Assembly: GCA_040954595.2 (NCBI GenBank)
Contig: CM082588.2
Span: forward strand, 3,722,156-3,786,155
Source: Balanoglossus misakiensis
Taxonomy: Eukaryota; Animalia; Hemichordata
Direction of reading: 5' to 3'
Length of the DNA: 64,000 nt
The number at the start of each line of letters is the position of its first letter. The first letter of the stretch is position 1. A program made the position numbers and the translations under genes. The notes under the pieces were generated by a model. That model was not told the origin of the DNA. It ran no database searches and was given only the letters and a program-made list of their open reading frames with translations. Positions 38,677-54,779 of this stretch are shown here, piece after piece.

Positions 38677-41623
38677 CAAACCTTCCCTGTATACAAAGGG
38701 AATCTCCTGAATTTCTCACGCAATTTATTCTATCTATAGTTTTTCCTCTAAAAGCATGCACAGGGCCTGCAAACAAGTATTACCGCTGTTTGGACATGAT
38801 TATTCTGCTTCACGAAACAAACATGTGCTGTCCATGTGGCCCCGTCTCATTTTACTGCAAAGGGTGAACGAACTACGTAAAATATGTATGACGCAGTCAA
38901 AACGAAACAAGCTCATCTATTTTATCACCGTAAACGTGTCAGTCTCAAAACATGCAAATAGTGCTTACTGCACGGACTCATACAACCAAATGAGTATGAA
39001 TAGTACGTTGGCGATCAAAGTAACAGGCGTCGTGAGATATATGAAAACTGGAATTATTCATAAAATATGCGTCCAACTTAATCACACCGCTTTTGTCGTA
39101 ACATAATTGGTGGTTTGGGTGGTAATGTTGAGTACTAGTATATTGTTTACACCTGAAGAATTCTTGTAATCTAATATACTGCGTGAGAAATGTTAATAAT
39201 TTACAAAGCTCGATAACCTGTCACCCGAGCATGTTTGCTAATGAGTGACCCCCCCCCCCCCCACTGGATGTGTTCTCCTATTCTCATAACTAAGAGACAA
39301 AATGGTATGGCCACACGGCTCTGATATGAAAGTTTCAATCCCGTCTGTTTCTGCAGATAACTAATAGATAAAAGTATATCACGTTACTTTGAATGAAAGA
39401 CAGCCGAGAGCTATATCTAGGCATGTTAAATTGCTTGGTCTCGCGACGTCTCGCAGGGTCTCGTGGAGTTCTGAAAATGGTCTATTTTGAGATTTAATTT
39501 CTTTCCCCAGTCTGCAAAACTCGCTTGTTGGAAACAACAGGGTTAACCAATGGCACAAATGTCAAAAGGTCGTCTGGTGCAACACAACGTACTTTGTTTC
39601 CATAATGGCAATCGCTGCGTGCATACTTGTAGATATAACAAATAGCTAGCTTCCTGTGACGAACGAGCGCAGGCATGCTTGGGACCCTGGAAATATAATT
39701 TGAATTCCCGGCAGCTTTGATTTATTTAATGCTGCAAATGCAATCTTCGTTGTTGGCATGCCTGACTGGCCTTTGCGTTTCGCCTCTAGGTACACATACT
39801 ACATGTACTTCCATTACTTTTTGTTAATTGGAAAGGTTTTTGCTGTAACTCCGATTCTCTAATTTTAAAAATATTACATCTTTTTACATTGACAATTGAC
39901 GGTCATTATCGATTGTGTAGTCATGCATGTCGTGTCTGTTATTAGCCCAGGCGCTGCATATCAGCATGAGTAGACATGGATGCACAGAAAGAAGACTGTA
40001 CGCCTTCAAATCCATTATGAAGCAGACATCACGTGGTTATACTGGAGACTGACTTTCGGATGATTATGCACAACGTGGGACAACACCCCCCCCCCCCACC
40101 AGTATTCAAATTTTACGCACATGCGCTGGATGACTCCAGCTGTAAAAACTGATGAGTCAGCAAAGCAAAATCTACACATCGAGTGAAACAAAAATAATAA
40201 TACGGTCAAAGTTTTTCCATAAAACATGCAAGCTGACAGAGGAAACCTTGTCGGTCTCGAACAGTGTTTGCATCTGCATTTTATGGGCGTCAGAAGCCTT
40301 GACTTTTGAGACAAATTGTCCGTTTATGATCCTGATCAACGCAATCAACAAGTCTGAACCAAATGTTGCCTGGAGAAAAAACTATCTCACGGATTAAAAA
40401 TAATTTAAAACGCCAAATGGGTACTCTAGTGGACAAGGAGAGCTGTAAATCGTGTACGCGTGTGGCAATAAAATTCTGGAATAAATAAATGCTGAATCCA
40501 TCGACTGTTTGTCACCATCAAGACATGGCTGATGATATCCCATGATGTGCACAGCAATATTTTATTGATCTCCAATGTGCTGTACTTGACACAGAAGCAC
40601 TTAGACACCAAAAGAAATATGTGTGCGCAGGGCAATCAGCCGGAGCACCTGTGGAGCAGAGTCAGGGGTGACTATGTACATGAAATTCCCCGTTTGAGGC
40701 GACACACGCCCTCTTTTGGTCAGGGTGTCAATGTCACAAACCACAGGCACATATATTATATAAATGACATATCTACAATGGACAGAATTGTTTTCCTTAA
40801 GTAAAGCAGAAAACGACTATTTCAGCTGTGACATATGAGGAACAGTCATGTTTCTTCTCAGTGTCGATTTATTTTTAACGTTTTCAGCACCTATTCTTGT
40901 ATCAAATAAAGCATACATTCAATAAACATATTGCACTGTACTTTTCAGGGTTTTAACACAGGTATACATAAACAACACAGCATCTGCCACAGTTATTAGC
41001 CAGGTATAAATTTAGATCTTAATCTGACTACACAACCGTCGACATGATGTGCACAGTCCTTCTGGCTAGCTGTAAATAACTGAATGGTCAATGTACTTAA
41101 CAGGTAAGACAAAGTTTATAGAACTGACAGTGGTAGCAAATCTTGTCCCTTACAAACACCTGGTGTCTGTCCACCCCAGAACACGCTGAAAACAATAACT
41201 CACTTTGCAGGAAGCTGCATAATATCCAGGGGAATTGTGTTTGTTAAAATTTAAAACCAATTTCCTTCTTTTTATAGATGCGCAGCTGGTGAGGAAACGT
41301 GGGGACATCTAGAATGGTCGTAGAGGCAAGTCACTGGGGCGTTTCGTTACGTTATGTTCGATACTGTGATTTGGTTATCCACCTTCGCAATAGACTGTTT
41401 TCATGACCCTAACATGGCCTTGACATACTTGTACTTAAGTAGGTGTGAATCCACCAGTCTGATGAAACACTCTTCATATAGTCTTAAACAGGCGTAACAA
41501 TTATAGTTTCACTGTTTAACAATTTACATATCGATTTTTTTTAGCAATAAGATAAAGTTTTCTAATTCTGTACAAGGAGCCTACAGGCCCCTATGGGATG
41601 TTGTAATCCTGATGCAGGCAATA

Positions 41624-43153
<1,530 letters not shown>

Positions 43154-45168
43154 TCTTCATTTCCGGATGATCTTTTAAATTACCAGAGGTAGAGAGAATG
43201 AATAATCATTTCCTGCCATACCCGATTTTAAATATCATACAGACGTCGTGTATTTGGCTGCAGCTCTCACAGTAGCTCTGCGTGGTATGGCTGTGTGTTG
43301 ATTACAGCTGTGTTGTTATTGGTGGCTCAGCCTCAGCTGGTAACAACTGAGAAGACAGCCCTGCAGGCTGCCATGTAGCAATATAAGCGTTTAAATTGAA
43401 TGAAAATCGAAGTCCTTACCTCTTTATCAACAAGTACCACCAAGTTAGATTGAAATTCACGGGTAACAACCTTTGGAATACGCTAAAATTCGCAGGAGTT
43501 TTTTACGAAATTACATTTCACTCTACACAGACGCCATTTTGAAAACCGCCCTCACCGACGAAAGTGCAGTATGTATTTTGTTTTTACTTACGTGATACAG
43601 AATAACAATGGACCAATCAAAACCAAACAAAACTATTAATACGTTTTTAAGTTCTGAAAATGTCCCCCTTTTTACATACTTTGTTTAGCGAGAAGCACAT
43701 TGCAAGCTAGTGGGCTTTCTCGGGAACAGACATGGCTTGGGCAAGTCAACAGGGGTACAACATGTGTTTGAATAATGTAACCGATGAGGAATACATTGCC
43801 CCAAATTTGTTACTGGCGAGATCGGAATAGCGCCCTCTAGACTCAACACCGGTCTACAGAAGTGTCTCACAAATATAAACAACAATACATGAAAGTGTAT
43901 CTTATGTGCGCAAGGGGGCTACAGGGTCAAGCATGTGGTCTACGTGGATTTTCAAGGGCAAACACAAAACACGTAGTCGTTGGCGCAGAAGCCGCTTCAG
44001 CAAAAGTGCAAATCTTGAAAAGTTCGTCAGAGAATGATGAATGCGTCGGTGTGTTGACTTCTGATATGATTGGTTTTGACCTGGACTGGTGGGTTTATGA
44101 AAGTCCCATCAAGTCGTTCTAGTAGTATGACTGGGCGTTATGGAGATCCAAGAATGGTGCTACAAGACTCAGTCTTCTGTAACAACCTACTTTGCTACCT
44201 ATCCTCTTTCTTTCTATGCATTGCTGACTGTCTAATAAGACATTTTCTGCAAACTATCCTTGGTGACCTTTCCCCCACAAGAAGCGTTATTAAAGTACAC
44301 CACAAGTTTTTGATGGATTACTAGTATATTGATATATCCATCACTTGCAACCTTGATTCGTCGACAGGTGACCACTGACCCAACCTGTCACCTTTACTAT
44401 CGACATAGTGGTCGCCTCTATTGCAGTATTGGCAGAGATTTTTCGCCGCTAGGGTATTTTTCTTCTTAATCGTTACGGCTATTTTCCGATAGAATCCAAT
44501 TTAACAGAGATGCTGTTTGTTAACAAGTCTGAGTCAGCCATAGACACTCGAGGGTATATGGTTTAGCTGTCGAGGCCGCATGCAAAGAACAAGCAAAACG
44601 AACTAAAATACACCACTGTCGAAATTTGCAGTTTCTGTGTCTGCATTCACGTGGTTGGAGCGTGAGAGATCTGTATATATTGACAAGTGCGTCAGGCAGA
44701 AGGAGCTACCCCAGACCGTGTCATTGACCTGTCAGCGACCGGCCAGCGGTGAATTTATGCACCCGCACAGCCACCTTTACCACCCGATAACATTTCACCT
44801 GCACTGGAACGGTAGTGGTGGTTGTGGATAACCTGATCGAAAAAGGCCGCTGGGGCGACGTCTCCCCCGAGCACCTTATCTTTATCGCACAAATGATCCG
44901 TTCGGAAATAGCATATTTGTGCTGGTATTTATGAGTTAATTTATAAGAACTGGCAACGCCGATCTCAGTTATCATGGGGGAGGGGGGGGTACGGGAGGAT
45001 CTAATCGTTAAGCGATAGTTGAAGAGGAGGAGGAGAATATGCATGAAATATGTGTGTACACATCAGGACATATCGGCACGCGGTGTGTGTTCTCATGACA
45101 CTGGGATAATCGTACTAACGCGCGTCTGGGAACAGTTTTACAACCCTGGGTGATATACTAGCTCAGCC

Positions 45169-45199
<31 letters not shown>

Positions 45200-45200
45200 A
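45169..45200. repeat. (TAAA)n microsatellite
   Basis: About 8 tandem TAAA units. Confidence 0.85.
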
Positions 45201-47445
45201 CAAACATGCTATTCTTGGGCCTAAATTGTCATATATCAAAAAAGCAATCACCAATCTAATATAACGTGAAGTGAGCCCGAGGCCTTGAAATCATTAGTTA
45301 AGAAAGGGCTCAAGAACTTGTTGGTCGACAACATGCACTACACATCCGAGTGTTTAATCCCACTGATAGAGAATGCACGCCCCTCCTAGATACAAAACAT
45401 GTATGGATAGTTTACAATCCCAGGCAAACATTGCAACCACCAGATTGCTCTGCCTTGTCAACTGTCGACAATAGACAGGTAAGTTCCTCAACGCAATCAG
45501 CTTGCACCTCCGGAATTCCGCGCGCGTCTAGGAGATCGTAAATCTTGGTAGAACCGCGGAAGGGAATGTGAAGTATTATCCCCATCGATAAAAGTGCGTC
45601 TACCCAGTCAGTGATCGCAAGTAACATCAGATTTATATGCAGAGAAGCGTGTAGCATGAATATCACTGATTTAATATTAAACTGCAGACTTAGACCCTCT
45701 AAACGTCCAACTGAGTCCTAATATCAAATATAAGTTCTCGTTGAATTAATTCGGATGGCAAAGAGCTTGTTGACCCGAAGATAGAGCCAGCATAGGGATA
45801 CGAAGCGGGTTTTTTTTTTTTGGGGGGGGGGGGGGGCATTACCCCAAATTCCAAAAGAGGAAGGTGCCACCAACATATGTTTTTTTTACATGCAAGTCAT
45901 CATCCCACTTTAATAGTAATAATAACAACAATATTGTTGCTTTAATAAAGTCTGTATTATAGACAACCTACGAATATTCCTTTTTTGTGTCAATCATAGG
46001 AATTTTACTGTTGGCGTTAACCCTGGGCGATTCGAGAACCTTCCCCGTCCCCGAAAGGAATTTCGGTGTCGTCGTGACCCTGAAGTGTCCACCAGAAGAT
46101 CATTAATGCAACCAGGGCAGAGAGCGAATATCCTCACCGACAAAAGTGCGCGCACCCTGTCAATGATCGCAAGTGGCATCGACACACCAAGATTTACGAG
46201 CAAAACAAACCACTGCAGACGCGTGGCGTAAATACCAGTGAAATAAATTAAAGAGTGGGTGTCGTCCCGTCTGCGGCTGCGGGTATGGGTCCCATACAAC
46301 ACACCTGTCCAACTAATAGCAAGTCAACGTATAATGTACATGGCCTAGCCACGGAGACGATACAGTCCAGTAGAACCCTTGGTATTATATCATGACATTT
46401 TTGATGCCCAAGCAAGCTAGCCCACATTGTTCTACTAACACAGTTTGTAACACCTAACCCTATTTGTTATATTAACTGAAAATAAAATTAAAAACCGAAC
46501 TTAAACTTAATAAACTACTAACCTAATTTACAGCGACCCTTATCCCTATTTGGAGACGCTGAGGCATGTTACTAGTTGCATCATTTTATTCCAACGCCAG
46601 CTTGGGACCCTGAACATCGCATGTTCGGGGGGGGGGGGGGTCAAGTACTGGCATTTGGACTTTAGTATGGAGAGATAATATACCCGAACTATGTGTTTTT
46701 GGACGAAAGGTAATTTTTGGCATTTCATCTTCGAAGCAAAACACTTGGTGTTTCTTGGTATCTCATTTCGAAAGACCCCATGCAGAAAAATGACAAGTGT
46801 CGATTTATCCGCTGGGATACTTCAAGCTCATCCTGTTTGGAGGCCTATAGAAGAATTGGAACTCGGCCAACGCCGTACTTGTTACGCACCGATAAATAAT
46901 TCGGGCGGAAGACTACTATCCTAAATTAAGTGTCTCGAACTGTTAAGAATTATCTAATTAGGACACTAGAGTGAAGTAGAGTGTAGTCTATTAAGTTAAG
47001 TTAAGGATACCAATGGATGTTCTCTGTGCAGACACGTGCTTTGTTCTTTTTGTCACGTGTCTTTTCTCGCCAAACGTTTTCAGCGAAATTATCCACCCCA
47101 CTCGCACTAGACTGCATGGGTCGGTTTAAATGCTTCTAATCGTTATATGTGCAGGTTTCATTAAACTATGAACAAATCTTGCACATTTCGCTGGTTTCTG
47201 ACTATGGGTAAAGCATTGGCACCATTATTATTATTTTTTCTGGCCGAGTGATATCAGTAATATCGGTCTTTGAAATATTGGAAAAGCATGATATATGTCT
47301 TGGTAGGTTGTCGGTCTTTGATACATTTCGCGAAAAGTATATTTTGAGGGCATGGGGGTGCGTGTACGCACTGTCAATTTGAAGTATTTAGTGAACTTAG
47401 AAGTATCATAAATTTACTCAGTTAGTGGATTCCATGATTGCGTGA

Positions 47446-47523
47446 AAGAGAGAGAGAGAGGAAGAGAGAGGGGGAGGGAGAGAGAGAGAGAGATACAGGG
47501 ATACAGGGACAGAGATACAGAGA
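47446..47523. repeat. (GA)n-rich simple repeat
   Basis: agagagagagagaggaagagagagggg... Confidence 0.8.
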
Positions 47524-48784
47524 CGGGGGGGGTGTGTGACCACGCCGTGACCGAAAATTTAGCGATTATGTTCGTCGTCCATGACCCTTGGAGACCTGTC
47601 AGTGACCTCGTGGAGCCGTCAGTACCAGGGTGTTCGCTGCGGTGGAAGTGTGCATTGCAAACACACTTTGTACCGGACTGTGTACACTATGCAGTTCCGA
47701 GCATGGCGTTTTATTTTTGACGTCCGACAACGTGCTCAGGGGTTTTCGTGGCACATCAGAATGCAACAGGTCGCGTGCGGAGAGAAGTACCTTTCGGAAT
47801 GAACTTCTCGACCGAGCTGAGCTCTCTATATGAAGATGTCTGTCTAGCATTGGTTATTGGCCATGTAAAGGGGACAAGGATTGGATTTTAGTCCGGCCAA
47901 AAAATCAACAATCAAAAGTAACGTTGCATTTTAAATATATATGCACTGAATTCTTGGCATTTATAAATGATTTAGCAAGTACAATAAAAGTGTACGTTTG
48001 TTTCTCAGAAAAAAATAGCGAAATAATCGTCAAAAGTTACAGCTACTGGAGAATGCAAAAGGGCGATGACGGATGACCATGGTCTGACATATGCAATCAG
48101 TATTGACCGCCACTATTGCCATCGCTACGTCAACATGACTCTGGCGTTCGGCCGACGCGCATGCCACCCCAAATTCCAACGCAGATGGTGATAAGTTAAG
48201 AAGCCAAGAATGCGACGGGCGTTACAGTTGCGTTCGGGCAGTGGTCTGCGACCTCAGCGCGGCGGGTCAGGGGTGGCGCCTGGGGTCCTTCACCCGAAGT
48301 CGTTGGCTGGGGTGGCATTCCCCTAGTTGGCAGCGTGCCAACGTCAATAAGAGCAAGGCCACGCCTAGCTTAAAATAGCATCAAGGTACGAGAGTCTTGG
48401 ACCACGAGTTTCCACTTGAAAGTTGTTACCGGGGGGAGCCGCCGCATGATTATCACAGGCGGTTTAAAAGTGAGCAGATTCTGTCAAAACTTTCCTGATT
48501 TATCAGGTTCTGGTGTCGAAGGTTCATTTGAAAACGCTAACAGCAAATGCCCGGCCACTTGTATGTGAAGGAAAGTGTATGCATGGTCGTTGTGGGTTGA
48601 AATATCGGTGTCGATCAGTTAGGGCTTGGCACCCCCAGGCATCACCCCCAAACACATGGTATGCTGGTTACACGCCGGATAGAATGTAAACAAACATATA
48701 AATTGCACCGGTACGCAGAGCAATACAGCAGACCGATTCTAAAAACCACACCGTCAAGACACAAACAGACAACTTTATACCAAC

Positions 48785-51700
48785 ATGGCGAGTGTTGCCA
48801 TCTTAGTACAGAACAACCCGATCACCTTCGCTCTGGTCTTCGTCGCCCTGGTCCTGTCGGCGCTCCTGGCTCTCCTCTACAAGGCGAAGCACAAGACCCT
48901 GCCCCCGGGGCCGTGGGGCTTCCCTGTCCTTGGCTGCCTGCCGATACTGGACAAAGAGGCCCCGTACAAGAGCATGACGAAGCTGGCCGAGAAGTACGGC
49001 AAGGTGTACACGCTGCAGATGGGCAGCCGGATGGTCGTGGTGCTCAACGGCTACGGCGCCGTCAAAGAAGCCTTCGTCGACAAGGGCGACACCTTCAAGG
49101 GAAGACCGAAAATGGTCATCTCCGATTTGATCGCCGCCGGTAGAGGTAAGAAGTCAAATTTCTCCAAAAAATGTGTGTTCATTCCGGCATCGTGCCGGAA
49201 TTGTCATTCCCAAACCAACGGGCAGGGAATCACTCTACTGAGATACGTGTTCACGTATTATTTTGAACATACCTCAGAAAACATTCTGTAATACCATTAA
49301 TTTAATCACTAAACCGGCTATGTGCACCGTGGCCCAAAAAACCTTTACCCCGACCTCTGACAGGTGCCATGCAGTGCCTATCACAAACGTATGATACAGG
49401 TCTGCGCCAGAAAAGACGCCAGTTTTGAGCTGGTCACCACAGCCCACATACGTGTAACCAGCGATGTTATTTGATGGACACTTGCCAATGATTTTTGTTT
49501 GGGCCAATAACACACATGCCACCACTAACATTGCACCTTGTACATACGCATATATTTGTGGACAAGCTGAATACTTGGCATATATTTAAATCCGGAAATT
49601 CATTCTACTACTTTTGGCTACCCTGTGTGTACAGACATGTGGAAGTCGCATACCGCAACGCACGCCGCAAACCGCAAAGAGTCGAAGATCACTCCACTAG
49701 CCGGCATGCCGCTGACTTGCTTGAGGCTGGTCACATTCTAGTGTTAGGCCAGGGAGCGAACAGGCTAAGGCTATCACAGGTCCGGGGTTTACCTGGGAGC
49801 AGGCCACGCCAAACAGCAATGCGTGGGGTTTTTTGGAGTGCATCTTTTATCGCGTCGTCATAAACGAATTCCGCGAAACCTGTCCCGGGGACCGGCCCGA
49901 CTACATCGTCATGGCAACTCTACAATTACAACAGTAAACATGTCAATAATATCTATTATCATAAGCAGGATCCGAATATGAACTTAGTTTTAAATAAAAT
50001 CCCGTAGCACATTTTGTCTGTTTTAATGCACTGTTCTCGGTTTTGCTTTCAAGAGGATATCACTTTCGTGGCACATGATTAACTTATCAGCGACGTGATT
50101 TTCACTAAGACTTTCGAAGTACGCAAGGTTACAACTGTTTAATCGATTTTATGACTTGTTTTTGCACCGTAAATAGAACGTTAAAAGTCCCCCCTCACCC
50201 TCGTGTAATTAATTTGTCAAATTTATGAGGAGTAAGCTCGTCGTGGCGAGGAATTCATCTGGCGCATTCAATAAAGTACCCTGATACTGAATGACTATTT
50301 GATGTGTATCTGGAGACCAGTGCGTTGTTCTTGACCATGACAAAGAAATATATTTTCTTTTAGTCACGCCACTAGACTCGGTGTTAATGATACACATTAC
50401 AAAGGGGCGACAAGGCCAGGCAGCTGTATATTCTTCAAAGTGTCAGAAGAAAACCCGTAAATGTTGCAAAGAATGTTGAAAACGCCCGCCCCGCTCTGAG
50501 CAACCACCTGTTAGTATAGAGACCACGTGGTCTCCACCAAGACAATATAAGCGTGTATTGTAAATACCATTCCATTTGTTCGGGGGATAGGTCAATGGGT
50601 TTCGCTGTGAGAAAGGCGAGCCCCCACCCAGCCCCCCTCTCTCTCGTAAAAATACGAAAGGACGAAGAAGAAATAAAATGGGAGAACATATAAAAAAGAA
50701 ATTACAAGAGCGCTCCTATGGCTGGAAGTGTTATTGTACGGATCAATGCGGCCAATTTGAATATATTGGCAAATGGCTTCCCGGTAGCAATTCAATATTG
50801 TATAGCGTGGTTCTTGTTATGAACTGAAGCAAACAAATATTTTTTTTCACTCTTGCAGGTATTGTGTTTTCAACTTACAACGAGAACTACAAAGAGCAGA
50901 GAAACTTCGCCGTGTCTGCCCTGAAGAGTTTCGGCTGGGGATCGTCCGCCTTCGACGAGAAGGTCATGCACGAAGTCGACGGGCTGATCGAGGTCTTCGA
51001 GAGCACCGGCGGGAAACCGATCGACCCGTTCCACTTGGTCCGCAACTCGATCTGCAACATCATCTTCTCCATCGTCTTCGGCCGCCGCTTCCGTCACGAC
51101 GACAAGGACTTCCGGAACCTGCTGACCACCCACCACCGGAACATGAGACTCTGCGGCGCCGCGTCGGCCGTCAACTTCATCCCGTTGTTGCAGTACCTCC
51201 CGTTCGGCAACTACAAGAAGGTCCTGGCCAATCACGTGTACTTGCGCACCTGCCAGATGGACATCATCGACAAGCACCGGCGCTCGTTCAACCCCGGCGA
51301 CATTCGGGACTTCCTCGATCTCTACATGCGCGAGATTGAGACTCGCCAGAAAAGGGGCGAGAACTCCTCCTTCGATTACGACAACATCCGGCGCGTCGCC
51401 AACGACCTCTTCACGGTTGGCACGGAAACGACGGCCACCACGATCCTCTGGTCCATCCTCTACATGGTGGCGTTCCCGGACGCTCAGCAGCGCGTCTACG
51501 ACGAACTGGAGCGCGTCGTAGGAACCGACAGACAGCCGAACCTGCAGGACAAACCGAACCTGCCCCTCACCGAAGCCACAATTATGGAGGTGCAGAGATT
51601 AGCCAGTGTCTTACCACTCACGATGCCACACTGCGCCATAGTCGACACTGAACTTGACGGTCACAAAATCCCCAAGGACACGATGGTCATTGCAAATCTG

Positions 51701-52399
51701 TGGTCCGTGCTACACGACCCCGAAAAATGGGAAGAGCCGGAAAAATTCATTCCAGAAAGGTTCATAAACAAAGATGGGATGGTTCACAGACCGGAGCATT
51801 TCATTCCGTTCAGTACAGGTGAGTTTGACAATAAAATAGTCAGTCCCTAATTGAGATCATGAAGCATATTTCTAATGATTTCATATTAAGGCAAAACGAA
51901 AGACTCACACAACGAACATATAGAACGGATACAAACTTTGTCAAAGTGAACCTATACCTTGTGATCATACCAGATGGTCGCTTAATAATCGATGATAGGT
52001 AATCGAAGGGACTGTCGGCCTCATCAAGCTAAGCCAATGTATACCTTATCAATACAAACTCGATAGCGACACCTCACACTATAATTCTTTGACATAAATG
52101 CCACTTATCAGTTTGATAACACACCATCAGCTTGATTAGATACGATTTCAGGGCACGCCCAACGTTGTAACAATGTAAAGCCACAACATATACGGATTCT
52201 CCACCTTATTATTCCAGGTGCCCGGATGTGCCTAGGGGACCAGACTGCCAAGATGGAGATCTTTCTCTTCTTCTCCTGTTTGATGCACAAGTTCCGCTTC
52301 AGTCTTCCCGAGGGCGCGCCGCAGCCATGCTTGGTCGGCAAGACGGGAATCACGTTAAGTCCGAAGCCATTTGAAGTCCGCGCCGTTCCCAGAGGGTGA
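48785..52399 (+). CDS. Cytochrome P450, clan 2 (CYP2U1-like), ~500 aa
   Basis: N-terminal TM anchor followed by PPGPWGFPVLG; I-helix LFTVGTETTATT; EVQR (ExxR); PERF; heme motif FSTGARMCLG. Exons 48785-49145, 50859-51818 and 52218-52399 join in frame (1503 nt). Confidence 0.93.
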
Positions 52400-54779
52400 A
52401 CGTTCGCATCGGACTGATCAGTATGTCACGTTACTTATCGACAAAAAGCATTTCTCAAGGACAAATAAGCGCACACCATTGACTTTTATTGATGTATACA
52501 TCAATACAGGGACAATATTTTTATCATTTGGGTTTTTCAGTTGCCTCCATGAATTTTTCGTGTCATTTTTTAAAACCGTAACCTTGAACGAGGATTAATA
52601 TCAGGTGTCATGATAAGGGGGATTCAGCGAAAAATCAAGGTTTCATTGAGTGACACAAATCTTGCGTATAAGCACTTTGATTTCAGAGATATTTTCATAT
52701 TATTAATGACGTCTGGAGGGATTTTTGGCGAGTTTTCTCCACAGCCTAAACTGTTCATTGTCATGAACATTGTAAATACTTAAACCTATGTATATATTTG
52801 CATTGCGATAGACTAAACCTGGAGCATTTCATGCATTCCTACAATGACGTTGTACACTTTAACCTTAATAACAAGACGGGTACTTATTTTGTCTGGTACC
52901 ACTGTAAATAGATATGTACATTTGTACAGACAGGTATATACTTTTGTGTGTACGGATTCGTTTTATGTGTGCGTCAATTTGGTCGACCCTTCTTTTCAAT
53001 AAGGAATTTCAAGTATCTGCTTGATTGCTTTGGTCGTTTTTCTTAACGATGTCGTCGCACGGGTTGCCACCCGCCGAAGATGAAGTTCACAGTTCGTGTT
53101 TTTGTTTGTTGTCGTTGTTGTTGTCAACACAACACAACCTCGCCGCGCCCTGTGTGCACTTCGAATTCAATCGGGGGTCCACGTTGCCTGTTGGCATATT
53201 TTCACCTCCATTTATCAAAGTGAAGGACCCCTCTCGTCGTTCATCGTCGCGTGAAGCAAGAATGTGAATGAGCTTAACGAGGAGAGAATGGCATACCGTC
53301 CAGACACTTATATGGATATGGGTCTAATGTGAGTGCCCCTTCATTTTGTAAAAATCGCCACGTCAACAACGGCAACGGTGTAGTGCCATTCCCGCCCTGT
53401 TTGTTTGCTTCCTGCTTTTTCTGATAAAACAACAACAACACCCTTCCTTCTTTTTTCTGTGAGTGCACGCGTTGAGTGCAAAAGGTATGCTACCTTCTAA
53501 TTCCAACGACAAGAACCGCCAAGTGTTTGCCGGTAGAGAAATTCCTCCAAGTAGAAATTTAATACATATACTTTGTTTGGTTTTGAAATATACACATTTC
53601 TCCTCGACGTGACCATTTGGTCAAAAATCTAATTTAATTACAACACTGAAATGTAAACAAACGTGATAATTTGAGCGTGCAACAAGTGTTTCGAGTAATT
53701 TTTATGTTTTCTTAAGTCAGTTTCAATAAACATTGCATGTTTGGTGTAAAGATGTACTGTGTGTTTTGTATTTTTGACTGTGGGAGAGACCACTTTACCC
53801 GATCTGAATGCAAGCCTCGAGTATGAGGGAAAAAATAAAATTGTTTTCGTGTTTTCTTATACTCTGAAACTTTTCTTGTCTGTGTTTGTATGAGTGGTGC
53901 ATTACACTATGATGAGATTTTGCATATAAATATAATGTAGTTTTAATTAACGTTTCTCGAAAACAAAAAAGTAAGCTAGTAATTTTTAACGTCAACATTT
54001 ATTACAATAATAATGATTCCATATAAAGACGAACTTTGGAAACAGTAAAAATATTTACTTATTAAAATTTCGATGCGCCAATTTCCCCTATAAATCACAT
54101 TACTTTTGGTGCTTATGATGGATAAATGTTATATTTCAGTTTAGCTGATAACAACCAGCCGTACGAAAATATATCAATTATATCTCTTGATTGTGTCTTC
54201 ATAATTTTAAAAACAACGCACCTACAAGCCCTGTCTGGGCGCTCTAGGTTCTCAGGAGGGCGCTATAACCGGTGGACATGAACTCTCTTGAATTCCGGGT
54301 TCAAGGTGTTCCTTGTACGATAACTTAACATTGTAAAAGCTGGTGTCTAATATAGAGAAACAAACACGCGAAGTTCAGCAATGCTGATGTTTCGGGTTTG
54401 GTGATAAATACTGGATTGAAATGTGATATGTTCCTAACATATATAACCACGGTAAATAATTCAATGGGTGCTTTACTATTGAAAGCGTGCACATAAGAAA
54501 TGTATAAAAATCCTCCGACCTTAATAACTTCAATATGGCTATGACCTGTCAGTTTTACTTTAGAATATGTTAATTGGCCAATGAGCCGTGGATCAATTCC
54601 GTCGGGGAAAAATTTACTTTCAAAAGAGGACAGCCAATTTGTTTGTACGGACAATATGGATGACGTATTATCCAATCATATCCGCCGTCTCTTCTTTGGG
54701 TACTACGAACTATGTTAGAAGCGCAAGTTGACTTATAAAAATCACGATTATAAAAATGAAAATTTTCCTTCTTGATTCA

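Noticed and set aside
48100-48350. Partial inverted repeat (ATGCCACCCCA / TGGGGTGGCAT) upstream of the CYP
   Set aside because: Too short and degenerate to define ends or a TSD.
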